64,000 nt of DNA from Anthoceros angustus (Eukaryota; Plantae; Anthocerotophyta): positions 868,001 through 932,000 of the forward strand of contig MU008151.1 in assembly GCA_010909165.1 (NCBI GenBank), read 5' to 3'. A program made the position numbers and the translations under genes. The notes beneath the pieces are model-generated. The model saw only the letters and a program-made list of their open reading frames with translations, was not told the DNA's origin and searched no databases. Positions 1 through 12,294 of this stretch are shown in pieces. The stretch's first letter is position 1, and each line of letters opens with the position of its first letter.

Positions 1-854
1 GCAAAAAAAACCGTGAGCAACAGCAGCACCAACTTGCTCAATAGATTGCCGAACCCCACTGTAGAAACCATTAACCTGGTCAAATATAGCAAGAGCATCT
101 CCTTGACACTTCAGCCACGTGTGCCATTGTGCAGTTGAAGGATTTTCTCACCTGGTCGACACATCCATGGCCTTCTGGAAAGGTGCAGGATTACCGCATT
201 AACCTGACTATCGTCTGCAAATGCAGCGACGAGACGTCCACGAGCCATTAGAAGGTTTATTACTCAGCTTCACCCAACCTCAACCGCAAACTCAGCATAA
301 AATACAGTGTTCAGCTATTTCGAGAGAAAACAGTACTCATAGCCTGCTATTCACTTGTGGAGAAACACCATGGGTTATATCCGCAATATCATTGCACTTC
401 CCTTCCCCATACGCCGACTTTGGAGAGCGTGTTGTTCCCTTTCACATTCACTGGCTGGCAGACCCTGATGAGCTTAGATTCATGAAAGATCATGTTATCG
501 AAAATTATAAGTAAAAGGGTTTCTAGACTGGATTCAGTTTCCATGGACACCCAACCCAGCCCAGCCCAGCCCATCATTCATCACAGGGACCGTGCACGGG
601 AGCCGTTTCCCGTTCCGTTCCGGTGTCCCGATCTCGACTGACCCGGACAAATTACCATTCCATTTACTTATTTTAGCATGTTTAAGTTTGGGCTGTTTCG
701 CCGTTCATGTGGGAAGTTTCGCTGCGTGGGGCCTGCCTGCCAGGGCTGAAGGCCGCGGGATGTGGTGTGGCCTGGAGGAGCTCAGCACCTGCCTGGCCCT
801 CATTCCATTCTAGCAGTCCGGGAAGCATAGCACAGCATAGCAGCATAGCAGAGC

Positions 855-3800
855 ATGGCGGAAGAGCATGAGGCGGAGGATTGGCGCGCGCTGCCGGTTC
901 AGCTGCAGCAGCTGCTGCTAGATCTGGGCCGGAATGCCGTGTCCGAACTACCCGATCTGCATAATGATGAAGAGTATGGCGGCTACTTCACTGATCGAAT
1001 CCGTGGTGATGAGGGAAGGCACTGGCGAGTGCGCAAGCGGGTGTTGACAGCCATTGCCAACTGCCGCAGTCTCGAGAATCTGGGTTTACACCAGGTGGGC
1101 CATCGGCTTGGATCGGGAGGATGAAGTGTCGGTTCTGTTGGGGGCCTGGCGTCCAACCCTTCCCTGGAATATCTGGGTGGTGGCTGTGAAGGTTTTGGAA
1201 GGCAGGCGGCTTGCGAGGCTCTGGGCCAGCTTGTTGCATCCAGTAGCAGCTTACGAAGGCTTTCATTACAGCATGTCGGGCTTGATGCCGCGGGACTGGG
1301 TGCCCTGGCCAAAGGCTTCAACAAGGACTCTGTCCTGGAGAAGTTGGTCTTAAGAGGGAACAAGTTGGGAGGTGCTGAAGGGGCACAGCACCTGGCCCGC
1401 ATTCTGGCCACGGCTCCCCGTCTCCAGGATCTGTCACTGGAAGGCATCGGCATGGATGTGGCGGGAGCCCAGTGTATTGCAAATGCTCTTCCGCTCTGTG
1501 CCACGCTCCGGTATCTGGCGTTGGACGATTCCCTAGGTCCCATTCCCGGTGGCCTCGGGCCCATGGGCACTGTGCTCGAACTTGCTTTCACCCGCGCTGA
1601 TGCTCATGAGAATGCTCCATCTCTGGCGTCACAGACCTTCATTTGGGTATCCTGGAGAACGGGGAGGCAGGCCTGGCAGACGCCCTGGCCGGAATGCTGC
1701 GTACCAACGATCGTATCGAGAAGCTTGTCACCACTCCATATGCTCTCATCCACGGCCTGGACGGGCTACGCCACAACTCCACCATATCTGAACGTCGTTT
1801 CAATGCATTCGAAGAGCCATCAGCTGCGACGGATGTGTGGATGCGCCTTGTCCAGTTGCTCCCGGAATGCAAAGCACTACGCGTCCTGAACTTGCAGTTT
1901 CTCAAGGGCCACGCCTCGTTCAAGAAAGAGTTGCTGAGATCCTTGGAGGGCAACGCATCTCTGAAAAAGCTCGACATTTCTTTCTGGGACGCCCTGGATC
2001 ATGACATGTTTAGAGACTTGATGAACTGTATTCAAGTCAACAAGACGTTACGGAGATCAACATCCAGGACAACATGGGAAGCGGAAGGAAAGGACGCAAT
2101 CATCAATGCAGCCTTGGCAGGCAATGCCACTCAAGAGGCTTACTGGCCTTTGCTCGTGGGCAGGCAAGGGCCTGTGATGCCCAAGGCTGGGCGCCTCTTC
2201 CTGTGCGGTGCCCTTTGGCAGGAAGACCACTCTCCGCACCACCATGATTCGCGCATGGAGACGACAGATAGCCGCATCACCCGAGTTCCAGCTCGGCCAA
2301 GTTCTAGCTCGACTGAAGGGAAAAATATTTCGGGCTTGGCGACGGATGGCTTCCGTCACCGGTACCAGAACGGAAGGCATAGAAATCGAGGTGTTGCGCA
2401 ACGACCATGATATGCAAGTTACCATGTGGGATCTGGCTGGACAAGCTCACTACCGAGCTCTGCAAGACTACCTTTTCCGACCTTCAACCAAGCATGTATC
2501 TTCCTGTTTGCGTTCAGCCCATTTGATGATCGGAAACCTCCCCAACTGGATCGGAAACCTCCCCAATGCATCCGTCTAATGTCCTGCAGGACAGGTTCAG
2601 AAGGAGCTTGGCGTACTGGCTTAGGTTCATCAACTCCAATTGTCGCAACGTGGGCTCTACTTTGCCTCAAATATTTGTGGTGGCAACTCATGTGGATAAG
2701 ATGAAGCGTTCTGATGCTGAAGCATTACCCAATCTCCTTCAACCCGTTCTGACAGAGTTGGCCACCGAGTTTGAACAGGTTGTTCACGTGGAAACAAAAC
2801 ACTCTTCTCCATGGACGCTCGATCTGCCAAGAGTGTGAAGCCCTTGCTGGACGCACTCATGGAATCGTTTCGAGCTCTATTTGCAATAAACTGTTTTGGG
2901 TACCTGAGGTATGCAACCGATTGAGTGCTGATTTGACTGCCTGGGTATCCCAACATCCAGCTCAACCGATGGTGAGGAAACAGCAACTTCAAACTTTGTT
3001 CCAAAACGAGCTACAGTCAGTTCCAAAACGAGTCGGTTCCACAAAGGTGGGGTTCAAGATGAGGGGAACGATTGGGAGCCATTCTTGCCTATTTGCATGA
3101 TGTGGGTAGTATCATCTGTTTTCAAGATACAGATGTTGTGGTGATAAATCCACACTGGATCAGTCACAATTTTTAGGGCGACTCATTCACCTTCTAACCA
3201 GAGCTTCTCCTAGAGGTTTGTCGCATTCCTCAGATGGATTTGTTGCTCAAAGTCTGCTTTATTCCACCTTGGATAAGATTCTCAGAGGCACACAAACGGA
3301 GGGGATTGAAAGGCAACATCTGGTATCGTTGATGACCACTCTCAACTTATGCTATGAAGAGGATCCGACTCGACGTGTCGGATTCTTCGTTCCCTTCACC
3401 ATGGCCGCCGGTAATGGTGACGCTCTTCCTGGGAGACGAAAGTTGAACTGGGAAACTGCTGATACAGCAAGCAATTACAACTACCTCGGAAGGAGGTTAC
3501 AGTGCCTTGACAAGACGAAGACGTTTCTTGGTCCAGGCTTTTTCCTAGATTCCAAGTACGATAACTACCAACATGTGTTTTGTTTTGATGGTGTGTGTCT
3601 TCAACCTGTTTACTGACATTGTGGAGGTTTGCGTATTGCAGGTCTGCCTTCGAAAGGATTTGTTAACCGGATTCCATGGCATGCAACCTCATCAATATCG
3701 TATTGAACGCAACCTCATCAACTTTTGTGTGATGGTATGGATGTGTTTTGGAAAGCAGTGGGGATATCGGAGAGGACACCGGAGACATCGGTGACCATAT

Positions 3801-5175
3801 TGATATTCTGGTGAGGTCATCCAAGAGCAAAGATGAAACTATCGAGTTTCTCAAGGAACATGTGGTTGCAAAGTTGAAATCTTTTGTGCTTCCCTGAAGG
3901 CAGTCCGGGAGTCGAGCTTGTGGAAGGAATTATCAGGACCGAGTGTGTCGAAAACCTCACACTCTGTATCTACCGGCATAACAGTCAGTGCTAACGCAGG
4001 ATTTGCTCAAGTGTGTTTTGCAGACCAACAAGACTGTACAGGGAGATTTTCTCCTCAATGGATCTGGCCGACTTCAAATGGTGGTGGCCAGAATGTCCTG
4101 AAGCCTCTTTGGAGTGCCTTTGAGGGAGCTGATGAGCTCTTAAGCACTGGTGAAGTCTTGGATGTCTTGCAAAGGCGACGAACAGGTCTCCGTCAAACCA
4201 TATCCAGCATAGATGCAGCTGTAGAGGAAGTCCTGCCTACAGAGGAAGGGGTGCTCGCACAACAAGACGCACCACTTCAAACGTCTCGGTTTGCCTACCT
4301 CCGACGTACTATATCCCTCCCTGGAACTAGTCACTCGGAGACGGGGGAGCAACTGTTGCAAACCTTCAATCATGGGATGAGAGATTTGAAGCACGACGTG
4401 AAAATGGTGGATACACGGTTGAAAATGGTGGAGACAGAGGTGAAAGCAGTGGGAGTCAAAGTGGATAGAGTTGGCGAGACTTTGCAACGTGAGATAAGCG
4501 ATATGAAGACCTGGCAGGAAGATACTCTACAACTCTTGCTTTCGAAGATGGATGAGATTATGAATTTCTCTGTAGAATTAGAAACCAGTCAGATACCCAG
4601 ACGTCCCTACTTCACCACTGCAGATGTGGGTCTGGCACAGAGATTGATTGCAGGGGTGCGTGTGGGCAAAGCGGCTAAGCTCCATTTCATGTGCGAAAAC
4701 ATCTTTGGGAATCACATCGTGCTGGGCCAAACTGGATTTGACTTGACATTGGAGGATGCGAAGTGGAGGTGGATCAGGCCCTTAGCAATCAACGGTGCAA
4801 AGCTATTGCTCTTCCTGGCCAAGGCTGGCCTACACGTGGCTGCCGGCATTGGGGTGCGGTTCCCGACCCTGCTACCAGCTTGGATGGAGCGGTTTCTGTG
4901 GCTGCGGCCTTTGGGAATCAGCCCTGTCCCATTTAAATCTGGACCTAACAGGACCAGCTGCGAGCCAGAACACTCCCGTGCAAGAGGCATGGATTGCTCT
5001 GAAGAATCTGTTGCAACCGTTGCTGAGGGATCAAATGGCTGACAAATTCCAACTGCACAAGGTGCAATATCGGAAACGGCAGGATGGAGGACGAGGAGTG
5101 GCATGGGTTTGCGAACGGTGTATGCGGAGGGAATTACGAGACAAGTCTATCAGCCGCTCTGACGGGAGCAACTAG
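855..5175 (+). CDS. TORNADO1-like LRR-Roc-COR (Roco) protein, copy 1; intronless, frameshifted in this sequence
   Basis: Stitched ORFs give RI-type LRRs (SLRRLSLQHV, LEKLVLRGN, LQDLSLEGI), Roc G1 RLFLCGAPLAGKTT (after restoring two homopolymer bases), G2 RTEGIEI, G3 MWDLAGQ and G4 VVATHVDK. The COR region (YWLRFINSN, LCYEEDP, FLGPGFFP) and the C-terminus (KLHFMCE..., KFQLHKVQY...VAWVC) are collinear with Arabidopsis TRN1 as recalled. Stop at 5173-5175. Confidence 0.85.
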
Positions 5176-6201
5176 AATGTCGTGTGTTGCAGCCTAACTT
5201 TGGCATTTGCAGGATGACTCTAGGAGCCATCTGCATCATGTGATTGGATAATGGTAGGTAGACAGGCATTAGAATGTAGAGCCTAATCCTGCTGTATCTT
5301 ACATCACTCTTTGCGAAATCCCACCTTTGTCGAATTCGTCCTTTTTTGGTTGTTCAAGCCTCTGACTCTTCCAGAACTGTGGAGGGCCCCTGGTTGGTGA
5401 AGGGAGGGATCCTCCAGAGTGAGCATGCATCAGTGGCCAGGAATGACATCGTGCCCTGCACCTTGGAGTAATGACTAACACAAATTTGATCTGTGCATCT
5501 GTAGATTTTAGGGGTACCAACGTCTTGGGAAGAACAGCCAACCCGATGTCAACCAAAAATCTATCCTACCCAAAATCTATCCTAACAAGCCAAAGGTGTT
5601 TGTCAGTAATGTTTTCGGGATCACTTTCTTCGTACAGTACCGTGCAGCAGCTCGAACCCTGCCATCTCATGACAGGTACAGCTGCTGATCCTAATTCTGC
5701 AGTCCAGAGGAAGCTCACGACATCACTAGAACAAAAAGTCACTGGATGTTTGAATGCGAATTGAACAACTGCGAAGGACTGCACTGTACTTCCTGCCAAG
5801 CGCTGGAAGGTTGATTGGACTGCGAGGTTTTGCAGGTTTGTCACTTTACTCCCTTCATTGACAAGTTCTCCACCTCACTTCAGAGTGAGTGGATGCTCAA
5901 TGCTCCCCTCGGCTGTAACGAAAATTCATGAACCGACAAGAAATATTTAGGCTACACAATTGATGGCAGTTGTCCATGTGGGGATCAGCTTTGGGAGCTT
6001 GTGGACAAGGGGTCGGGCTTCCTTGATCCGGAGGCAGTGGGAACTGGGACGTTTCAGCCTATGTCTGGGATCGAATAGGAGCTGTGCTCTCTGTACGGAT
6101 GCTCTTCGTCTTCGCATGGCATAGGAATCTATCTAAACTGGACATCAGTCGTGATGGTGAGGAAATGTGTACGGAATTCAGGTAACATGTAGCCCGAATT
6201 C

Positions 6202-8220
6202 GTGACATGGACTGCCATGATCGCAGGGTATGCTCAGCATGGACGAGGTCAAGAAGCGCTGGATTTGTATGCCTCCATGCAGCAGGACGGCTTGTATCCA
6301 GCCAATCACGTCACGTTTGTGTCCCTGCTAAAAGCGTGCGCCATTGTGGGTGCTTTGCATCAGGGCATGCAGCTCCATTCCTTGATTCGGAAAAGAGGGC
6401 TGGAGAATGATGTGGTCATTGGCAGCTGCCTGGTTGACATGTACGCAAAATGTGGGAACTTAGAGGATGCTCGTAAACTTTTGACAACCTGCCCACTAGA
6501 AGTGTGGTGACATGGAATGCCATGTTTGCAGGGTATGCGCAGCATGGACTTGGTCAAGAAGCCCTTGATCTTTATGCAAGCATGCAGCAGAGGGCAAGAC
6601 ACTACCTGATCGTGTCACGTTCGTGTGCCTCCTCAAGGCTTGTGCCAGCCTCAGGGCTCTGCAGCAGGAAAGCAGCTGCATTCTCTGATTCAGGAAAGGG
6701 TACTGCACACTGATATGGTTGTGGAAGCTGCCTAGTCGACATGTATGCCAAGTGTGGGGACATTGAGCTTGCTCGGAGGGTCTTTGACGAGTTGCCCAGA
6801 AGAGATGTTGTGACATGGAGTGCAATGATTGGAGGATATGCCAATCATGGCCTTGGCCAAGAAGCTCTTGATCTGTATGCAGTTATGCAAGAGGATGGCA
6901 TGGCTCCAGCAAATCACATCACTTTCGTGTCCCTCCTGAAAGCATGTGCCATTGTGAGAGCCTTGCAACAAGGAAAGCAGCTTCATCTGCAAATTGAACA
7001 AAGAGGATTAGAAAGTGATCTGGTTGTTGGCAACTGCCTGGTCGACATGTATGCAAGATGTGGAAGCTTAGAGGATGCACGCAGAATTTTGACCGGCTCT
7101 CTAGTAGAGACGTGGTAGCTTGGAATGCAATTCTTGGAGGCTATTGTCAGCAGGGGCTTGGTCAAGATGCGTTGGATCTTTATGCAAGTATGCAACAAGA
7201 GGTGCTGTCTGTGGGTAATCATGTTACGTTTGTCTGGCTCCTGAATGCATGTGCCAGTGTTGGAGGTTTGCATCAGGAAAGCAGCTTCATGCTGTGACCC
7301 AAGATAAGGGACTAGATTGTGATGTGGTTGTCGGCAACTGTCTAGTGGACATGTATGCAAAATGTGGGAGCTTGGAAGGTGCTCGCCAAGTGTTTGAAAC
7401 GTTGCCTGTGAAAGATGTGGTGACATGGAATAGTCTGCTGAATGGTTATGCCAAACATGGGGATGGCCACAGGGCAATACAGTTTTCGAAGAAATGCGGA
7501 GGAAGGTGTGGAGCCCAACGGTGCTACGTTCATTTCTCTGCTGGTAGCTTGCAGTCACAAGGGGCTGGTGAAAGAGGGCCAGCGGTATTTCAGGATGATG
7601 AAGGAGCAGGGCATTGAGCCAACAGACCAGCATCATAACTGCATGATTGATCTTCTTGGGCGGTCAGGGGATTTGGAGGCTGCTGAAAAATTGTTGCAGT
7701 CAGTGCCTTTGAAAATGATGTTGTGGGGTGGACTTCTTTGCTGAGTGCGTGTAAAAGCCATGGTGATGTAGAGCGTGGAAGGCGATGTTTTGAACGTCTG
7801 GTACGTTTGGAGCCCCAGACTGCAGCTGCTTATGTGCTACTGGGGAATATCTATGCAAATGCAGGCATGTGGGGTGATGTAGAGGAAATAGAAAGGTTGA
7901 GAAAGTGCGCAGGTGCTTGGAAAAAGCCCGCAAAGGCTGGTATTGAAGTGAACAATAAGGTGCACGAGTTCACCGTGGGAGACGAGAGGGTGACGTTGCT
8001 CGAAGTTGATTAGCATGAACGTGAGGGTGCAGGATGAAGGCGGGCACGTGCCTTTGACTGACCTGGTTCTGAAGGCAGTTTCAGAGAGTGAAAAGGAAGA
8101 TGCATTGTGTGGACATGCGGAGAAGTTGGCATTAGCATATGGCCTCCTTAACACTCCGGAGGGACAACTCTAGTGGTAACTAAGAACCTTCGCATGTGCC
8201 ATGACTGTCACAGTAGCACC
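6202..8220 (+). pseudogene. 5'- and 3'-truncated PLS-PPR with E1/E2 and a partial DYW:KP domain (duplicate of 45663-47686)
   Basis: PLS motifs (VTWTAMIAGY, VTFVSLLKAC, DMYAKCG), WKKPAKAGIEV, GHAEKLA at 8111-8131, KNLRMCHDCHSST; then an abrupt switch to DJ-1 5' sequence. Confidence 0.85.
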
Positions 8221-8431
8221 GAACACAGGGATGCCGATGCTTGCCACCTTCACGCTGTCGCCCATCGCATTGCTCTTGGAACAGCTGCAGCCTGGATGGA
8301 AGTTGGGAAGAACTGAAATGGGATTTGAAAGGCGTGGAATGGAGTGGAATGGATAGCCCTGGTAGCCAGGCTATATGGCCACACGCCTGCCTGGGGATGG
8401 ATACTATAGCCTTATGCTTTGATGGAGTCAC
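8221..8431 (-). pseudogene. 5' stub of the InhA-like gene
   Basis: Matches 48861-49066; the rest is deleted. Confidence 0.7.
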
Positions 8432-8962
8432 ATCCTGACGAAGTCATATCCTTGCGAAGTCCCATCCCGAAGAAGCATCCCTGATTGACGTGTTCCAGAG
8501 GAGGACACAGGCAGGTGGCCCAGCCTTGCATTATTGCTGGACATTGACGAGTTCAGTCATCACTGCGTACATCGCAGCCCGCCAGTTCGCACTCTCTCGT
8601 TCCTTGCAAGTACTTGTCAGGCCAGTGCCAGCTTGCTTTCAAGCTCACCTGTTGTGGACGGCATCTCCGTCATGGGCGCAAGTCTGTGAATACCGAATTT
8701 TAAACTATGTTTTAGAAACGTGATGCTTTCTCCAGGGCACGCAAGAAAACGTGCATGATATCGTCAACATGTGCCGGGCAATGACTCTTGATGCCTACCC
8801 AACCTTGACAAAGCTGTCATTCCTATGGCCCCCTTGACAGTTTCTTATCACCTGTTCAAATCTTGCCCAGGTAGAGAAGACTTCAAACCACCTCAGCCTC
8901 CCACGTGAATGGAGCCTCCTTAGTGTCTTCCAGTGCCATCCCCGTACTGCCCGGTATGCTGC

Positions 8963-9262
8963 AGGTTAGTTATCATTAACGGAAGTAGACCTAATTGTTG
9001 GAAGCATTTTTTGAACATTGACGTTAGGTTAGCTGAATGTTTGAAGACATGAGATTGGCAGTTCATAAACGACGAGGGTAGAGGCATAGGGGAGGTGTGT
9101 AGGATACTCTCTGCCCACATACACGATGACAACGACTAATTTCAAGCCGTATTACATCTTGAAAAGTAGAATGGTAATGGAAAATACTTTAGTTCCGTTT
9201 GATAATAATTTGGTAATAGGCTTGGTAATAGTTCGCATGGGCGATTTGTTAAGACATTGGAT
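8963..9262. mobile_element. Left half of the same TIR element family (also at ~49632-49950)
   Basis: Matches 25364-25660. Confidence 0.6.
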
Positions 9263-9618
9263 AGGGATAGATCCACAACAGGCAAGCCTAGATGAAAGGC
9301 TGTGTCAAGTGTTTTCCAAAACGAGCCACCGAGCAAGTAGAACCTGAGACTAGGTGCTGGGAAGTGGAGGACTAGGTGCTGGGAGGAGAAGCAGAAGTAA
9401 TTCCTCCTACCATGTCCGGCAAGAAATCCTGATCGAGTCTTTGCAGACTTTTCAAACGAGCTCAATGTGCGAAATGAAGCCCTGAGCAGGATCTCCTCCA
9501 GATGGGGCTTTCCCAGAGCAGGATCCCCCCCCCTCTGTCACAAGTTTAGAGTTTATAATATAACACAGTTGGACGACCAGAAGGCTTTCCCCCCTTTGTT
9601 GGCGCTGGCATCCAGGAG

Positions 9619-10234
9619 GAGTTTCTCAAGGAACCTGTGATTGCAAAGTTGAAATCTTTTGTGCTTCCCTCACGGCAGTCCGGGAGTCGAGCTTGTGGAA
9701 GGAATTATCAGGACCGAGTGTGTCGGCCTCACACTCTGTATCTACCGGCATAACCAGTCAGTGCTAACGCAGGATTTGCTCAAGCGTGTTCTTCCAGACC
9801 AACAAGACTGTACAGGGAGATTTTCTCCTCATGGGATCTGGCCGACCTCAAATGGTGGTGGCCAGAATGTCCTGAAGCCATTTTGAAGAATGCCTTCGAG
9901 CCAGCTAAAGAGCTCTTAAGTGCTGGTGAACTCTTGGATGTCTTGCAAAGGCGACGGACAGGTCTCCTTCAAACCATATCCAACATAGATGCAGCTGTAG
10001 AGGAAGTCCTGCCTGCAGAGAAAGGGGTGCTCGCACAACAAGACGCACCACTTCAAACGTCTCGGTTTGTCAGCATCCGACGTACTATATCCCTCCCTGG
10101 AACTACTCACTCGGAGATGGGGGAGCAACTGTTGCAAAACATCAATCAAGGGATAAGAGATTTGAAGCAAGAGGTGAAAGCAGTGGGAGTCAAAGTGGAT
10201 AGAATTGGCGAGACTTTGCAACTTATCCAACATG
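9619..10234 (+). pseudogene. TRN1-like COR/coiled-coil internal fragment
   Basis: Matches 3846-4490 and 18220-18844 (PGVELVEGIIRTECV...LLDVLQRRRTGL...DRIGETLQLIQH); both ends are joined to unrelated sequence. Confidence 0.8.
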
Positions 10235-10235
10235 G

Positions 10236-10352
10236 TGCTCCCAAGGCCAGGGTGAGCCTGCTGGTGCTCTCAAGGCCAGGGTGAGCCCCTACTGCTGGTG
10301 CTCCTGGGCCAGGGTGAGCCCCTACTGCTGGTGCTCCCAAGGCCAGGGTGAG
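10236..10352 (+). repeat. ~33-bp minisatellite, 4 copies (3 copies at ~50911-50998)
   Basis: gccagggtgagcccctactgctggtgct recurs at 10243, 10275, 10308 and 10342. Confidence 0.85.
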
Positions 10353-10619
10353 GAGATGGCCAGCGCCGCAGCCGAGCTGGGATGTCGCTGCAGCAGCAGT
10401 CCGCAAGGTTTAGGGTTACCGGACGATGATGGACAGGATGCTGCCGGGATTGCGGACGCTGCTGGCCCTGGCCATGCGGATGCCATCTCTGCCATGCTTC
10501 CTGAGCTGACTCTGTAGATCGATGCTACAGTCCGGGTCTACCGTATGCTAACTCAACCTTTCGTCATGTGGCTCGCACAAACTGTCAGCCTCATCTGCAG
10601 AGCGGTGATTACAGATGAG

Positions 10620-11000
10620 CATCACACAACGTCCATGGCTGTCCATTGCTTGCAGGCAATCATTGAACACCCTGCGAGCATCGTCCAGACTGCCACACTT
10701 CCACACATGGCAGACAGGAGCCAATAAACTCATCACCTTCTCGGGTCCTTGGCTGACAGGAGCAAGGCACACTAGTGTGAGGCCAATACTTCAAGGTGGA
10801 GTCGTTTCGCTGCAGAAGGGCAAAGATTCACATGCCGATACTGTCGGCAAGGGCTTTGAATGGGATGTCTATGGGGCAGCACGCACTGCTTTATATGTAT
10901 GCAAAGTGTGGGAGCATCATGGTTGCACAACGGGCTTTTGATAGACATATGCAGCAGAATGTGGTGGTAAGGAATGCAACGCTTGCAGCATACGATTGAG
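10620..11000. pseudogene. Short PPR S-motif shards in both orientations (duplicated at ~51290-51650)
   Basis: Minus: KCGSLDDARRVFN; plus: ALLYMYAKCGSIMVAQRAFD. Confidence 0.6.
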
Positions 11001-12294
11001 TTACGTAATCCTTTTCAATCTATTTATAAAGTTTTGATGTATTTAGAGCCCTTTACAAACAACTAAAATGCACATAAGCTTTAAAGGCGTTTTTAGATTT
11101 AAAATCTGTTGCGGGAAGAGACCTAGACTCTAGGCTTGAGTTGAGCTGCCCAGTCTACCATTACAACAAGTGAGGTGGCCTTCGCTTCCTACACGCCTGG
11201 CATCCCAAACACGGTTTGGCAGCTGTGTTAGGAGGCTCAGCTCGCATCGTCGCGATCGGATCGAAGGAGTCGGGAAGGGCTGGCCAAGGTTGGGGTAGGC
11301 AAGGCAAGGTAGCAGGGACGGGTGCGAGGCGGGCTGTCAGGGCTTCGCAGGTTGCTGCTTTCAGCAGCAGCGGGGGCTGAATGGAAGCCTGGCCCTCGGT
11401 TGTGGTGGTGGGAGGCCAGGTCAGTGGACTGACTCCCTCATTGGGGCAGCTTAACCTCACGTGATGCCTCTTTGTTTGCTGGTTTCCAGCTTGGTGCGCG
11501 TCTAGAATTCTGGTTCCTCTGACTCTGACTGTTTAACCTCGCAACAGAGTTCTGGAAAGTCGTCTGTGCTGGAGAGCATCGTGGAAGGATTTCTCGCCTC
11601 GAGGCTCAGGTGTGCATCTTCTTACACTGGATCACGGACGTGGACAGATCGAATTAGATGCAGGTTGGATCTAAAATGCATCTTTTCATGCTGTCGTTTT
11701 CTCGAAGCCCCGGCTGGATTCAGCATTAGGATGGTGATAGATCTTCAATTCACCTCGGTTTAGGATCGCGGCAAAGTGGGCCGGGTAAAGCAGATGTATT
11801 GCAAATGGCTTCCAACATGATCAGTGCGACGGTGATTTGTAGGGATTGTAACGAGGCGTCCCCTAGTTTTACAGCTGCACAAGATGGACAATGGTTCCGA
11901 ATATGGCGAATTTGTATGGCGCCGAAGAGAATGTTTACGGATTATGGTAATGTTGTGTACTTGCTTTTGATGTGGAGGTCTTCAGGATCTTGCTTGTTGT
12001 GCTTTGTGAGGGGACGCATGTTTCACTCTTTCTTCTTAGGGTTAGGGTTCTTTCACTTTTTTTTGCAAGTGTGGACGGTGAATATCGAGAAACTTGCATA
12101 TTCTGTTTAGGTCTTTCCATGATTATAGACGACTTTTGCAAGTTTCGACCTGACGAGTGAGTACGTGGTTGCAGCTGCTTTTAGGAAAGAAATATCTGAT
12201 GAGACCGACAGAGTCACTGGGCGCAGCAAGCAGATCTCTCCCGTTCCGTGTCAACTGAGCATATATTCTCCTCATGGTATGTCTACCCAGAAGA

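Noticed and set aside
855-5175. Calling the Roco genes TRN1 orthologues
   Set aside because: The domain order matches, but the sequence is far diverged, multi-copy and has a different N-terminus; only TRN1-like is supported.
6983-7636. Long antisense ORFs over PPR genes (also 27313-28055 +, 28129-28625 +, 33441-33935 +, 46565-47101 -)
   Set aside because: Shadow frames of repetitive PPR codons with no independent protein signature.
11100-12290. Possible gene or transposon in the block duplicated at 51750-52940
   Set aside because: No coherent ORF, terminal repeat or motif recognised.
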